Shown piece by piece: positions 26,546 to 40,160 of a stretch of 64,000 nucleotides of DNA (its first letter is position 1; each line of letters starts with the position of its first letter). The notes under the pieces are model-generated. The model did no database searches, was not told the DNA's origin, and worked only from the letters and a program-made list of their open reading frames with translations. The DNA is from Negaprion brevirostris (taxonomy: Eukaryota). Location: positions 25,723,028 to 25,787,027 of the forward strand of contig JARDVH010000124.1 of NCBI GenBank assembly GCA_030324005.1. The letters are read 5' to 3'. The position numbers and the translations under genes were made by a program.

Positions 26546-26729
26546 TGTTATGTACTTATATTGGAGTCTTAGTAGCTTCAATAAGCACTGTGTATTATTA
26601 TATGCACATTATCACCTAGCATGGGAAATTGTCAGAGTGAGGAAGCTGCCTATAGTGAACACACCTTGTAAATAAAGCTCCGCTTTTAACCCTCTGTGCT
26701 TCCTGGCATCAATACCACGATACACAACA
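26546..26729 (+). mobile_element. 3' LTR of the Gypsy element
   Basis: Starts TGTTA right after the PPT, AATAAA at 26671-26676, ends ACAACA. Confidence 0.75.
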
Positions 26730-28879
26730 GTTCCAAGTTGCATTCAACATATGGTTTGAATGTGTCATTTGAAAGTAAGTGACACCATAATCAGATTTCT
26801 TCTCATTCAAATACATTTCTTGCAGATTTTCATCTCTCAAGACATAAACACTCATCAAAAGTGCTCTCTGTAAAACACTCAAACTTCCACTGTTGTTTAG
26901 GACGTCAGAGTAAACTCCAATTAGTTGAGAATATTAGTAAAACTATCTCCAATTCTCCATAAAATAACCATTTTTTTAAAACTCCGAGTTGCTTACCTAA
27001 TAGCGCATATTCCACATGGATTTAAACAGTTCAAGCAGAAGGCTCATCAGTTTCTCAAAGGCAATAATGTGGGGCAATAGATGCCAGTTTACCAATAATG
27101 CTCAGATGCCATGAATTAATTTTTAAAAAGATCATTCATTACAATTCTACAGAATCCCAAACAAATTTTGATTTTGAATTTTTAAGTCATTCTTCACATA
27201 CCTTTAAAAGTTACTTTTTTTTGCCTGTCAATGATTATGAGCAACTCACTTAATCTTTGCAACTGAATAAATCAAGGACTATTTTATTCCATGAATTACA
27301 GGACTCTCACTTGGGGAGGAGATGGTGGGAGGATGACACACGCGAGAATTGCTCATTCTGACAGCTAGTGCAGACATGAGGAGCAGAATGGCCTCCTTTT
27401 GCACTATAACAATTCTGTAATATCAGAAGTTGGGGAGGTGGTGTGGGTGAGGAGAGAAAATGATAACGGAAAGGGTGGTCTGAAAATGAAGCACAGAACT
27501 GCAAACAGAAAGTGAGAGAGGGACAAAACTGGGAAATAAATACATTGTTATAATGGAAAAGAGGGACCTCAAGTGCATCAAGATAAAGAAAAAGCCATTT
27601 ACTCTGCTTGAAAATAATATTGTACGGACACTAATGTTTATGGGCACTGGCAAAACTGTCCAGACACTGAAGATGTCAGTAATTTTAGATTAAACACAAT
27701 CTTTGTTAATTCAGGTTGTGTATCAAGAGATGCGTTGTTAAGGTCTAAGTCATTTAAAGTTATAACATAAACTGCTGTAAAAAGAGCTCAAAAAGGACAA
27801 ACCACAACCAAACCATCTGATACGCTTGTTTTTATGATTATTTTTGGCAGGGGGTGGGGAAGGTGTTCAAATTTGATACATCAATTAATGTATTCAAGTT
27901 TGTGCAGAATCATAATCAAATTCCATCCTAAAAATCAATGCACTTCCATAAAAGCAACAACTATATCAGGACTAAGTCAAAATTAATGAAACTCAAAATA
28001 TATAAGACAATTCAAATTCTGAACTTGAGACTGGGTGTTGGATTACATGCAATACCAACATTTCTCCAATGCAGTTAGAGCTATTAAAATTATAATTTTG
28101 ACTTTAATGCATTTTTGTCACAATCACTACGGCAAAAGGAAATAAATAGTTGAAGTTCGAATATTCACAAGTACCAATAATGATTTTTTACAATGATATT
28201 CAACTAGAATAATTTAGTAATTAAACCAAACCAAAGAATTAGAGAAGTGCAACTTGCGAGAGAGAAAATGGAGGTTAAAAGAGAATTAACAAAGAAAAAG
28301 AAAAAGGAAGATTAAGCAAAAGCGAAAGAAAGAGAAGCAAAGAAAAAGGCCACAAATTAGAGATATTTCAATTCTTAGAACTTGGACATGTCACCGGTCA
28401 TCCTCTTACATGTTCATGCTAACAGTGCTAAATGCCTATACGGTTGAGATATGTTCACACACTGCAGCATCATCAGGCTGCTGCGTTATTTTATTTCAGT
28501 CAAACCAAGGATATTAAAAAAAACAGAACAACTGGGATGATCCCAAAGAAACAGATGTGTATGCAGTTTCTGTAAGTTACACGTATCAAAAGGCATGATT
28601 TCACACACCTTCGGCAGTAATTCTGAAAGAACAGATGCAGTTTTGTTCATTGGCTCAAAATTGACAATTGTATTGCAATAATATCAAATTGACCTTTGTG
28701 GCTTTCCTTCCCTTCTGCTGACAATCCACAAGCCAATTTTGTTACCCAACCTGTGAGTCTGCTGTTTAAGACTTCATTCAGAAAATATTTTTACAACCTG
28801 AAACAGTATACTAAAATTGTATTTTTGATTGCCTAAAATAGTTTGACTTGATATTTTTGACTCTGGTCTTTATCTTTTT

Positions 28880-29225
28880 CTTATTCATTCGTGGGACAAG
28901 AATGTCACTGACTGGCCAGCATTTATTGCCCATCCCTAACTGCCTGAGGGCAGTTCAGAGTCAACCACATTGATATGGCTCTGGAGTTACGTGTAGGGCA
29001 GACCAGGTAAGGACAACAGATTACCTTCCCTGAAGGACATTAGTGAACCAGATGGGTTTTTCTGACAATGATTTCATGTCCACCAGTAGATTCTTAATTC
29101 CAGATTTCTTTTTATTGAATTCAAGTTCCACCATCTGCACTGGTAGGATTCGAACTCTGGTCCCCAACACATTAGCTGACTTTTGGGATTAATAGCCTAG
29201 CACTCATACCAGTAGGCCACTGCCT
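28880..29225 (-). mobile_element. SINE with LINE-derived tail, about 50 nt downstream of the exon 8 donor
   Basis: GCCAGCATTTATTGCCCATCCCTAA tail shared with 42745-44290 and 60810-60905; GGATTCGAACTC B-box-like sequence on the reverse strand. Confidence 0.75.
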
Positions 29226-29274
29226 TGTGTTCCAATAAAATATTCAATTCAAGTAAATGTAATGTCAGGCTTAC

Positions 29275-29307
29275 CTGGAGTGGGGACTGACAAAGGAATC
29301 GTGTGTA
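29275..29307 (-). CDS. ATE1: ATE1 exon 8 (33-nt exon)
   Basis: Minus strand reads ...gaatgcAG|TAC ACA CGA TTC CTT TGT CAG TCC CCA CTC CAG|GTaagc = YTRFLCQSPLQ, matching mammalian FTRFLCSSPLE, which directly follows exon 7. Phase 0, in frame with 62871-62999. Confidence 0.95.
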
Positions 29308-29837
29308 CTGCATTCACCAAATCGGCGTTAGAATGGGAAACAAAAGGGGAAAATAAATCAAGTTAATTTTTGTAGTGGTATAAAGTTATACTTTGTAATA
29401 ATGATTATACTAAATAATGGTCGCTCACTTAATAATCCAATCTTATAATTTCTTATATAAAACACATTATTACACAAGTCCAACTGTGTGTTATGTCCTG
29501 AATATTTTGTTAAAATTTCAAGAGTGTATATTTAACACTGTCTGTTAACAATTCATATTAATCATTCAATTAAGCACAACTCCCCACCCACTCCAGTAGT
29601 GGTGTGGTAAACATTTCTACGAAGAGGAAAATGTCAGGATAACTAGCTTGTCATGATGATATTATGTTCCATTTCAAGACAATTTACATCATTACATCAT
29701 GTTGTCAACCAAATTTGTTTTTTTAATGGTTTAGTGAACGGTTTTTCAGAAAGGCATGTGCTTTGAAAATGAATATCATAAACATGGATCCACAAGCACA
29801 CACACTAATTTAATGTGTTCTGACAACTAATGGAGTG

Positions 29838-30078
29838 TATAGACTCAGAATCCCTCCAGCGTGAGGGCCATTCGGTTCATCGAGTTTGCACCAACTCTCC
29901 GACGCAGCATCGTAACCACGCCCTATCCCTGTACCATGTTTTTACCCCGCTAATCCCCGTAACCTACACATCATGGGTCATTAAGAGGTAAAATGCCATA
30001 CAGACATTCATCCAAGGTCAGAATTGATCCTGGGTCCCTGGCGCTGAGAAGTTTCAGTGCTAACCACTGTGCTGCCCC
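29838..30078 (-). mobile_element. HE1/V-SINE-type SINE with internal deletion
   Basis: CAGAATCCCTCCAGCG...GAATTGATCCTGGGTCCCTGGCGCTG...CAGTGCTAACCACTGTGC. Confidence 0.85.
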
Positions 30079-31898
30079 AGATATAACCAGAAAGGGTTTA
30101 TTTTAAGAACACTACCAAGTTCTAACAAGTAAGCTTACTGAAAGACTTGGCAGATATTAAACCTGCACAGCAAAGCTGAAGTTTGCACTATTGAGATTTT
30201 CAATTTTACTTCAGGCCAATAACAGTCTGATATCTACAACAGTCTATATCTACAAGCGATCATGGACATGGAGAAAGTAACCCATTTTGGTGGGGTGTCT
30301 TCATTTGGTTCACTTTTGCTGTTAGCTGTTAAGGTCAATCCGACAAGTGCTGCACGTGAAACTGCCAAGTGACAAGGGTTTTATTTTTTGGCATTGGCCT
30401 CTGTTGCCAAGCTGCCATAGCCACTGGTCATTCACATCAACCCACAGATGTCATCATTTCCCTCTTCTGCCAGCTAGTGACTCTCAGGCGCATGTTCAGA
30501 GCCTCATGCCACGCTTGCAAGCAAAAATGAAGCAGAGCTTTAGGCACTGCACTTGTTATCTGGTCCCGATTACCTCATCGTACAGGAGGTCCTCGAGTAT
30601 GTGATTGTTCCAGTCTTCTGGCATGCCCAATTCATTGTAGCTGCCTCTGTTTGATTAGTGCAAACACACTTGCAAACTCTGCCTTTGGGAAGACTGCCAC
30701 ATTCATGATTTTGTCCAGCTATATATGACATACCCAGAATGCATATAATGCTCACAGCAGTAAATAAATGAGCATTCCATTATAGTAGAACAGGTTGGTG
30801 GAGAAAAAGTATGCTTCACTGCTGCAACATTTGACGTGCATCACTGATGTCAAAGGTGAAGTCAAATATCTTGCTCACTACATCAAGCTGGAACAATCAA
30901 ATATTTAAATAGTTCATCACTGGACAGACCTACACATTTCAAGGCAGAAACTGCAAGACTGATCCCAGTGCAGACGTCATGAAGTGTACGTAGGGGACAC
31001 AGAATCAAGGTTGCAACGTGTGGCCCTAAATCCAACCTTTACAAGTATTGATCATAGTATACAGCAATGGGAAAACATCATAATTGCTGCCCAATTATCC
31101 CAGTGCCTGAAAATATGATTTGGGTTGCAGAGCCAGTGGTAGTGTCTTTTTTGACGGATGCAAGGACAGGAATGGTTAATTAGCTTTAAAAATAAGTCCT
31201 CCATTGTCTAGAGACACATCATTTAGCTAGCATCTGTTAAACTATGGCCAACAATATACACATTCTCATTATCACCCTAAGTTTTCACAAAAAACTTTGG
31301 GCCCAGGTTTGGAGAACAGCAGTACACGACTTTGAATGACCCAGTGGCACATTGTTATATTTTTGGTTTCTGAAGCCTCTTGTTTTGTCAGAACTGAATC
31401 GATCAACTGCCATGACATTTAAAAAGTAACATGCAAAATATGAGACAGTGAGCAATCTAAATTTAATCTAACTAGAAAAATTTCCTGCAATGATTTGAGA
31501 GGCATTGGAAATTTGAATTCCCACTTATTCTAATGTTGGATCTGTCAACAGCTCACTGAAGAGTCTAATTTTATCTAAGGTATTTATGCAGCCAGAACAT
31601 TTTGTTTTATACTTTGCAGATTAAAAGTCAGTTAGAGTAAGGAACTCTCCTGAGTTTTATCGACAATGATATGTTATTGGTGTGTTACAATAAATTGGGC
31701 CAGTATCAAAAGAGAGTCAGGTCAAACTGCATTATGCAAACATAGAAGCAGATTACCCCCACATTGATTAAAAATAATTATTTGCAAATTAATTTGGTGT
31801 GACTCTCCATTATCTGCCGAGTTTACATTTTTAGCGTGAATATCTCCTTCTTTAGAATGAACGGTAGAAGTTTAATTGAAGGTTGTATTAGGAAATAA

Positions 31899-32095
31899 CG
31901 TGATGTGGAGATGTCAGCATTGGACTGGGGTGGGCACAGTAAGAAGTCTCACAACAGTAGGTTAAAGTCCAACAGGTTTATTGGTATCACAAGCTTTGAG
32001 CGCTGCTCCTTCATCAGGTAAGTCACCTGGTGAAGGGACAGCGCTGCAAAAGCTTGTGAAACCAAATAAACCTCATGTTGTGAGGCTTCTTACTC
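31899..32095. mobile_element. Palindromic Penelope-type element with two back-to-back hammerhead remnants
   Basis: Inverted arms; GGAAATAA flanks both sides (31891-31898, 32096-32103). Confidence 0.8.
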
Positions 32096-33499
32096 GGAAA
32101 TAATATGAAACACTATGATCAAAGAAGTCTCTCTTTACTCCAGTGAATTGATGAGGTTAGAAAACAGTTACAAATGTAAACTGTTTGTATTTTACAAGGA
32201 CATCAAATCACAATATCTGTATGAAATTGATTGGGGCCCTGTAGTTCTTTTGCATTCGTGATTAGAACTAAAGTGGATTGATTAAATGATAAAGCCAATA
32301 AAGTTCTTGTGGTACATAAGTTTGTGTGTGCTGTATATTTTACATCTCAGATCTATGCTGAGATGACAACAGTGTGTTTGTGCAGGAACTTTATTTACAA
32401 GAGTTTTATATATAAAAGCTTTGAAATGTTTACTTCATGCTTCCAGTTCTAACTGCAAGCTTTTTTTGCAGTTTGTTTACTTTTCTGAACATGCAGGCAT
32501 AAGTAATCAAGCACAAATGAGCATCAATTGTAATTAGGTTAACAAAGAACAATTTATAATAGAACAATTATTGTATAATAGTGTGGCCCAAAGCTAGGAC
32601 CCCTTTGTGACCTGAATTGGATGCTATGTTCTTTGCACAAAACCAATGCACATTATGCTCAGACAAGGTCAGTGCAAAAATGAAGAAATTGGTCTATTTT
32701 TGCACAATACACGACTGAACAGGATGGTTCTTTCAGATTTTAACATTTTCTATAACACTATCTGTATCTCAAATGTGGAGTACAATGCTCACTTTGATTT
32801 TCTTTCCCTATTGCACAGTCACTAGATGTTACAATAAGCTACCCATATCTTAATTTCTAGTGCAGGTTTACTTCTTGGCCTCTCAGAATGGACTGATCAC
32901 AAGTTATGCTTTTTTGTTACTTGTTGAGCATAGAAAGTGGGGCTGAGCTCTTGATCCTTTCTGTCCAATACATCTGCCAATTAAGCTTATCAGATCCTCT
33001 GAAAAGCAGCTTCTCATCAAACTAGGCTTGCAAATGACCACTGTTAACTGAATTAAATAGGGCCATCAAGCAATAATAGGTGAGCATGTTGATCTGTAGA
33101 TCTGAAAATATAGACCTCCCCCACTGCCCCAGATTGTGAGCTGGCAGTTTCAATGATTTTGACAGATTTCTCATTTTCAAAAAGTAGCTGCATGCTTAAC
33201 TTTCACTGTTTAGATTTAAGCTGAATTTAAATACAATCACTTCAACATAACTCATTTACAGATCTGGGAGAATAGTAAGAAAAAGAAAATCCCAAATATA
33301 ATTATGGGCAAGGGCACAGGAATTTACTGGAACATGTAATTATGGTCAAATTGTCTTACTTTGGAAAGAATTTCAAGACTTATGCAACCTTGATTTCAAA
33401 AACCCTCAGGCCAGGCACTGAAAAAAAGCTTTAGAAATTATCTAAAAACACAATTCACTGAAACATCTATTTAAATTTGGACTGCCACAACATTTATTT

Positions 33500-36140
33500 C
33501 CACAATTATGTGCATGTCACTCAGCTATTTAAGAAAGGTGAGAAAGGGAAACTAAGGAATTTTAGACCAGCAGGCCTAACATCTGGTGTCAGGAAATTAC
33601 TAAAATTTAAGGAAAGTGTGACTGAACACCTTGAAATTTTTCAGTTGATCAGGGAGAGCCAGCACGGATTTGTGCATAGGATAAGCCTGAAAAAGCTGAC
33701 TGAATTTTGGAAGAGATGACTAAAGTAGTACACTGCAAAATACATACAGGTCTAACTTACACAGATTTCCAGAAAGCATTTGATGAAGTCCCTCATTCAA
33801 ATCTACTGAAATTGAAGTTAATAAGCTGGTCCACAGCAATCAGAGTAGGGATAATAATGAGTTGGTACTCCAATTGGTAGGATGCGACAGGTGGTGTTGG
33901 GGCCTCAACTATTCACCATATTTATTAACAACTTAGATGGCACTGAAGCACAACAGAAGAAATCAGACAATTAAAGGAAGAATAGTTTTAGGAAATAAAA
34001 ATTGCTCTTGTAAGTTATATCTGCTTTGTGTGTGTTAGAAAAACAGCAGAAAGTTAAGCTAAATTTGCATTTCTGTATTTGCGTACTCAGTGTTAAAACT
34101 TTAGTTTAGCTTCACATTAAACACAGGTGCCTGCAAGTCTATGCTTTAGTTTCACTTGCATTGTAATTAAGCGTTTATAACATAAAAACAATTACAGATG
34201 TTAAAACAAAGCTGTTGTTTAGCAACCAGAGGTTCACACTGAAAGGCAGAAGTCTGGAACCAGGTAATCCAAAAGCAAGACATTTTTCACAGAAGCTGCC
34301 AGCAAAGGCAGGACAATAAAGAAAGGGGAAAAAGAAAATCTGAGAGACTAAAGAACAGAAAGTTCCAGAAACCAGGGAATAAAAGAAGTCATCCCTGAAA
34401 ATCTGAAGTCAAAGGGACAAAGAAACAGAATCTGAAAAGGGCATTGTTCATAAAAGTTAAAGAAAGGGCAGAGAGAGGCTCCCAATTAAAGACAGAGCTG
34501 CAAGGTACAGACCTGGAGATATTGGCTAGCTAGAAGTCAGACATCTGCAGTAATCCTAAGATTGGAGCCACCTTAATACAGCCTGTGAAGGAGAAGTGTT
34601 CTGTTGGTGTAGCTGGGTACCTGAGAGATTGTGTGGAATCTTGAATGCATGCAGAAATCTGTTAGAATTCAGATCAGAACTCAAAGTGTTTTATGAAGTC
34701 AGCCTGGAAAGCCAGGAACCTTAGAGAGCGAGGGAGAGACGTCCACCCCCTTCTAAACTAAAATTGAAAATGAATCCTTAGTTTTTTTCCCCTGGAGACG
34801 AACCACCTGACTTTGACTTGTCAATCAATCTTTCCCATCACAATGCAGTATCATAAAGGATCCCAGAGTAAAAATAAACAAATCCCCATTTATGCCATTG
34901 AAGTAGTAGCAAAACGACTTCTCGCAGATGGCCTGCCGACAATGAGAAAAACCTGGACAGAGAACATGATTCAGAAAAAAAAAATTCTTAAATGTACAGT
35001 AACATCACACAATCCAGGGCAGAGGAATATTGAAATGATAGGGTGAAACCTGGGTGTGGATCCTTGGTGAAGGCATTTGAGAGAAAATCTTGAGTGGGAG
35101 AAGATTCTAAAGTGTATCCTTAGAGAGTGGTGAAAAGAAACCCTCATGGATGCCAGTGTGCCAGTAAGACCAGTTGGCTTACAATATCATAAGCATCTAG
35201 GAGATGTGATGAGAAATGCACAAGTTGTATTGGGTAGCTACATTCCCACACTTTGCCTATTAGTTTACATGGACTGTGTACCTTCTGGAAACAGAGTACA
35301 AGATATATTTTGTAACTTGTGTTATCCTTACAAACCTGAACATATCTGGAAAGATACAACTGGGATAAAGTAGTAGTGTATCATAGTTTATCTTTTCTTG
35401 TTTAATGAGTGATTTGTTTAGTTAATTTTTAAACTAGCAATCCTGTGATTCTGTTCATCCAAGCCTCTAAACAAAAAAAAAGCCAGGTTCCACTCTGGAA
35501 CCCGAATGTCCGGTAGTACCAGCTGGGATAATAAAAATAGATTAAGCAATTAGCAAAACCATGGTAAAGTGATTTCAATGCAAGAAAATATGAAGTCTAA
35601 AAAGACTCGAGATTCCTCATGGACAGGTACAGTCAAAAGGGATATTGGAATATTGGCCTTTATATCTAGAGGAATGAAATGTAATGGGATAGAAGCCATG
35701 GCTCCAGCTATATAAAGCACTGATTAGACCACCGTTCTGGGCAGCACCTTTTTGGACAGATGTATCAGCCTTGGAGAGTGCAGAATAAATTTACTAGAAT
35801 TGTACTTGTACCCTGTGGAACCTAAAAAGCTAAGTATTGAGTTGATCAGTTACAAATATATTAAGGGGAACAGACATGGTAGAATGAGAAAAATTATTTC
35901 CATTAATCAAAGTTAGAGCCAGATTTTTTAAGAAGTGAAATTAGGCAAAACTTCTGTACACAAAGGATAGTTTAAAATTTGGAAACCTCTTCTACTTAAA
36001 AACATTGATTGATAGATTTTTGCTATCCAAAGGAGATGGAGCAAAGGCAAACGTTATGGAGTTAAGTCACAGAGCAGCCATGTTCTCACTAAATGGAGGA
36101 GCATGCTCTGGAAGTTAAATGATTTATTCCTGTTCCTAAG
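33500..36140 (+). mobile_element. CR1 LINE RT fragment interrupted by a solo LTR
   Basis: LFKKGEK..NFRP..LTS, SQHGF, DFQKAFD, LFTIFINNL; the RT resumes after 35535 and ends in a CR1 3' UTR. Confidence 0.85.
34009..35533 (+). mobile_element. Probable solo LTR nested in CR1
   Basis: Starts TGTAA and splits the CR1 RT; its 3' end CAGCTGGGAT is the reverse complement of the start of 45141-46272. Confidence 0.6.
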
Positions 36141-36244
36141 AACAGAATGCTTTTTCCCCAAATGCAACTTAGAAGAACTGCATGGAGTTGATAGAAAGGT
36201 GTGTTTGTGATTGCTCTCAGTCATAGAATCCTTGCATTTTGAGT

Positions 36245-37110
36245 CAACCGGGGCCTCAACTTTTACAATCTAAATTAATGATGTGATGATTAATAACTTG
36301 TCTATTGTAGCCAAATTTCTAGAAGTAGGAAAGCAATCTTTGAGGAGGACACAAAGTCTGCAAAGTGATTGGGATAGGTTGAGAGCATGGGCAAAAAATT
36401 GACAGAGTATAATGTGTAAAAACGTGAGGCTGCCCGCTCTGTCAGGAATAATACAAAAGCAGGACATTATTTAAACGGAGAGAGTACAGACTGCTATCGC
36501 AGAGAGATATAGATGGCCTGGTACTCAAATCACAAAAAATTAGCTGCAAGTATAGTAATGCAAGTAATTAGGAAGCCAAATATAACATGTTTTTATTGCA
36601 AGAGGCATAGAGTATAAAAGTAGGGATGTCTTGGTGACTTAGTACAATTTTAGCCTCTTTATTTAAGCAGCAATACACTTGCATTCAAGACAATTCAGAT
36701 AAGGTTCATCAGGTTGGTTCCTGGGATGAAGGTGTTGTCTGTTGAGGAAAGTTTAAGCAAGCTGAGCATGTACTTACTGGTGTTCAGAATAATGAGAGGT
36801 GATCTTTTGAAACAAAGTTCAGAGAGGTCTTGGCAGGGTAGATGCGAGACGTTGTTACCCTCATGGGAGGATCTAGAACAAGCATTTCAGAATAAGGGGT
36901 CTGATAGGATGGAGATGAAGAGGAATTTCTTCTCAATGGGTTGTTAAACTTTGAAATTCACGACCCCAGGTAGCAGTGGAGACTGGGTCATTGAATATAT
37001 TCAAGGCTGAGTTAGACAAATTTTTGCTCGATAAGGTTTTGGATGATAGGTAGAAAGTGAGTTACGGCCAAAATCTGATCAAAAGAATGGTGCAACCCAA
37101 TCCTCCTTCT
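36245..37110 (+). mobile_element. CR1 LINE 3' fragment
   Basis: GGGCCTCAACTTTTACAATC..ATTAATGA, LQSDWDRL..WA, MKRNFFS motifs. Confidence 0.85.
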
Positions 37111-40100
37111 ATTTCTTAATTGATCTGATTATCTTTCAGTCTTTTTAGGTTGATGTTTTATTGCAGTTTTGACTTTCTATATGATTAACTTTCACAGACA
37201 ACTATGATATTTTGCACCAAAAATATTAAGCTTTACAAGATTTTGAGTATACAAAAATGAAATAGTTGATTGGGGGTAACTTTTCAAACTGTAGTTCCTG
37301 AGTTTCCTGGAACATCAGTGTTATTTGGGCTTTTCAGATTCCCATTCAAATGAATCTATATTTACACATGATGTGTTGGGACATAGTTGCATCCATCATC
37401 CACACGTTAAGATTAATGATAAATTCGGGACTATGGGGCCAAAACAACAAATGGTTTACCCAGCAAACCAACAAGACTACAGTGGAAATAAGTGGCAACA
37501 GATGGTATAACTCAAGTTGATGTGCAACTTTTAAAATCAAATTAAATCAACTTTTTAAAAATGTAAAAAACTTTGAACAATTAAAATAAATTTCAAAAGT
37601 TTTAAAAGATGATCGCTTGTCTGTATACCTCCTTTTCCACAAAATGTACAAGGGCCATTCATCCAAAGGTCTGTTTGAATTCTGTTTTCCAATGGGAGTT
37701 TACAGCTTCTTATTTTCATCTGCATATTCACTGATCTTTATTGTCTTATTTTAATTTTGTATGTACGAAAAGATTAATTGTTTGCTTAAATTATGCTTGT
37801 CCATCTTTTTTCTCATCAGTGTGAAGGATTCTGCAGAAATGTCTCTCCACATTCCTGATGCACCTCTGTTCCACTGCTGATACTTTGGCTTGTAGTGGTG
37901 GGGGGGTGGGGATGGTCCAAGTGCAAATTCAGGTACAAAGCATCAGAACCAAGGTCAATGACCTTACATCATCGACACAATGCTTCACTCCAGGAAGCCA
38001 CCATTGTTTGACCATGAACATTTGGGATGGAATTAAGCAGATGTGCTTAATCAAAACCCTTCCCATAAGTTGTATATTATGCAGTGGGACACCACAATTC
38101 TTGCCACTTTATTAGTGGCATGCTTTAGGACACTCTCCAATTGAAACAGACACTGAAAGTGTGCTTTAAGCACTGAGATTGCCCTCATGAATTATCACGC
38201 AAGCACGCACGTACAATTCCTGTGCTAGATTCTGATGATGAAAAATGACGCCATTGTCCATGGCTTCACTCAGTAGGACTGGCCCCTCAGTACTCACTGA
38301 CCTCCTTAACCCCCCCCCTTGCAAATCCTCAGTTGTGCCACTTGTTTTTCAGTCTAACTGGCTACAGTAGGAATAATGACATGAATGCAGTACATTTCTG
38401 ATGGTCAAAGACAATAAAGAAGTGGGCGCAACAACAGTCTTTCAACACTGTGGTGAGGCTAATAGTGACAAATGTGCCAAGGAGATATTACATAACACAA
38501 CTTATGGTGTAAATAATTAATTCCATTTTTGCCTGGAACATTTACTGACAGAGTCTGATGCTGATAATGCACAATTATTATGGCGCAAGCTCAGATTTAA
38601 GAATTTGACCAAATTCGACTTACACTGGAACCCAGTTAGAATATTTAGCTTGAAGATTTTTGAGGGTGTCTCTTCTAACTACCTAATGTAAAGCCTCTAT
38701 CAAAGTTGTCAAGAAAAATGGATATTCAACAAAGTTGGACACAAGATGAAGAGGGGACTGGTTAAATGCCAGATTTTAATATAAATGCTGCTGAAATTAG
38801 AAAGACTCCACTTTTTAAAAATAATAAAGTATCAATGGTTGCAATCTTTCACAGGTTAGTGACTTAAACCTTTAAACAAGTTACCTTTATCTCATATAAG
38901 CAAAGGAACATTATACTGTATATTAACTCTAAACACTGTCACATTTAAGATCTTGGAATCCATCATTTGGCCAATAATCTAGTTAAGCAAATCCTGGCGC
39001 CTGTGGAGTTCAAGTCTGTCATTAAATCTGACGTCAGCATACACCCAGGAGTTTACAATCTGTACTCCTTAGTTGGCAGTCAGTGTACATAACCTTTCAA
39101 GTCACTGACTGTGCCAAAGATACTTCTAAAAAAAATTTCCCATGGTTGTCTGATATCATTGCTCTAAATTCTGGTTGTGTCTGCATAAAGAAAAGCCTGC
39201 TTTCTTTAAAAAAGGCGCAGCAGTTACAAACACATTCCATCAAAGATGAGAGTATAACTGAACATCTGTTGCAAATAATTGCACTAATGACACAGAGGTT
39301 ACTGACCCATATACTGTAGAGGGACAGAAAGATTACAGCATCAACATAAAATATGTCCTAGTTCACATTTCACGAATAATTTATTGTACCTTTTACACTT
39401 TAGTTTCGCACAATAATTCCAAAAGAATCTTTGTATAGGTAGTTTTAGTAAGGCATCATTATCGGAGTGTGATGCATGACTTAGCATATTGCTTGCCAAG
39501 TGGCTGCTGGACTTTGGAAAGTCTTGCAAAGCCAGACCTAGCAGTAATACATTTATGAGTCAGTGGCTAATGTGGTTTGGACTCTGTGCCTTTACATTAT
39601 TGTAGGTATGCTTGCGGATAGCCCACCCGGGACTTGGCTCGCTGCTTTTTGGCTTGTCTATTTCCCCAATTGTTACTCATTTACAATAGGTTTTTATACA
39701 ATGTATCAAATGTGTCAGGTACCATATATTTAAGAGTAGATTGGCGCAACTCCAGCAGCTAACTATAGCAAATAGATACAGTTGGGACATTTTTCTGTAG
39801 TTCACCACATTATTAAAGCAGTGTGTTACATTAGTCCATAATAACTGACTTTCTTGAGTTAGTTGTCTTTCTATTCAAAGCCGAGAGTCAGAACTATGTT
39901 GGGGTCATCACGTTGGTTTGGACTCCAACTTGCAATATGCAGAGTCTACTATTTCAGTGGGATATATCATCACTGAGCTGCAATTAACACACAAGAGAAT
40001 TGAGAGAGAAATGGACTATTGCTTGGATGTTCCAAATTTATTCTAACGTGCTGAGAATACAAGGCTAACGGGAAGGGAAAAACTGGCAAGACTACATTAC

Positions 40101-40160
40101 TCTCAATGAATAATCAATAAAAAGAAATATATTCACGAAACAGCAGTCTCAACCTTAAAC

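Larger units (their letters stand above)
1..29274 (-). other. ATE1: ATE1 intron 8 (partial; exon 9 not found in window)
   Basis: GTAAG donor at 29274. No GYGSFHQQYWLDG-type coding sequence was seen in 1-29274; it could lie beyond the window or in an N gap. Confidence 0.75.

Noticed and set aside
27805-27830. Minus-strand TAT CAG ATG GTT (YQMV) as the second exon 7
   Set aside because: Lies downstream of exon 8, flanking codons do not match, and no splice sites fit.
29315-29324. CACCAAATCG shared with 63278-63287
   Set aside because: Same orientation, only 10 nt, no common complementary partner found.
29757-29835. 8-10 nt inverted matches to 63495-63540 as R2-R5 pairing
   Set aside because: Short, AT-rich and inconsistently spaced; expected by chance.
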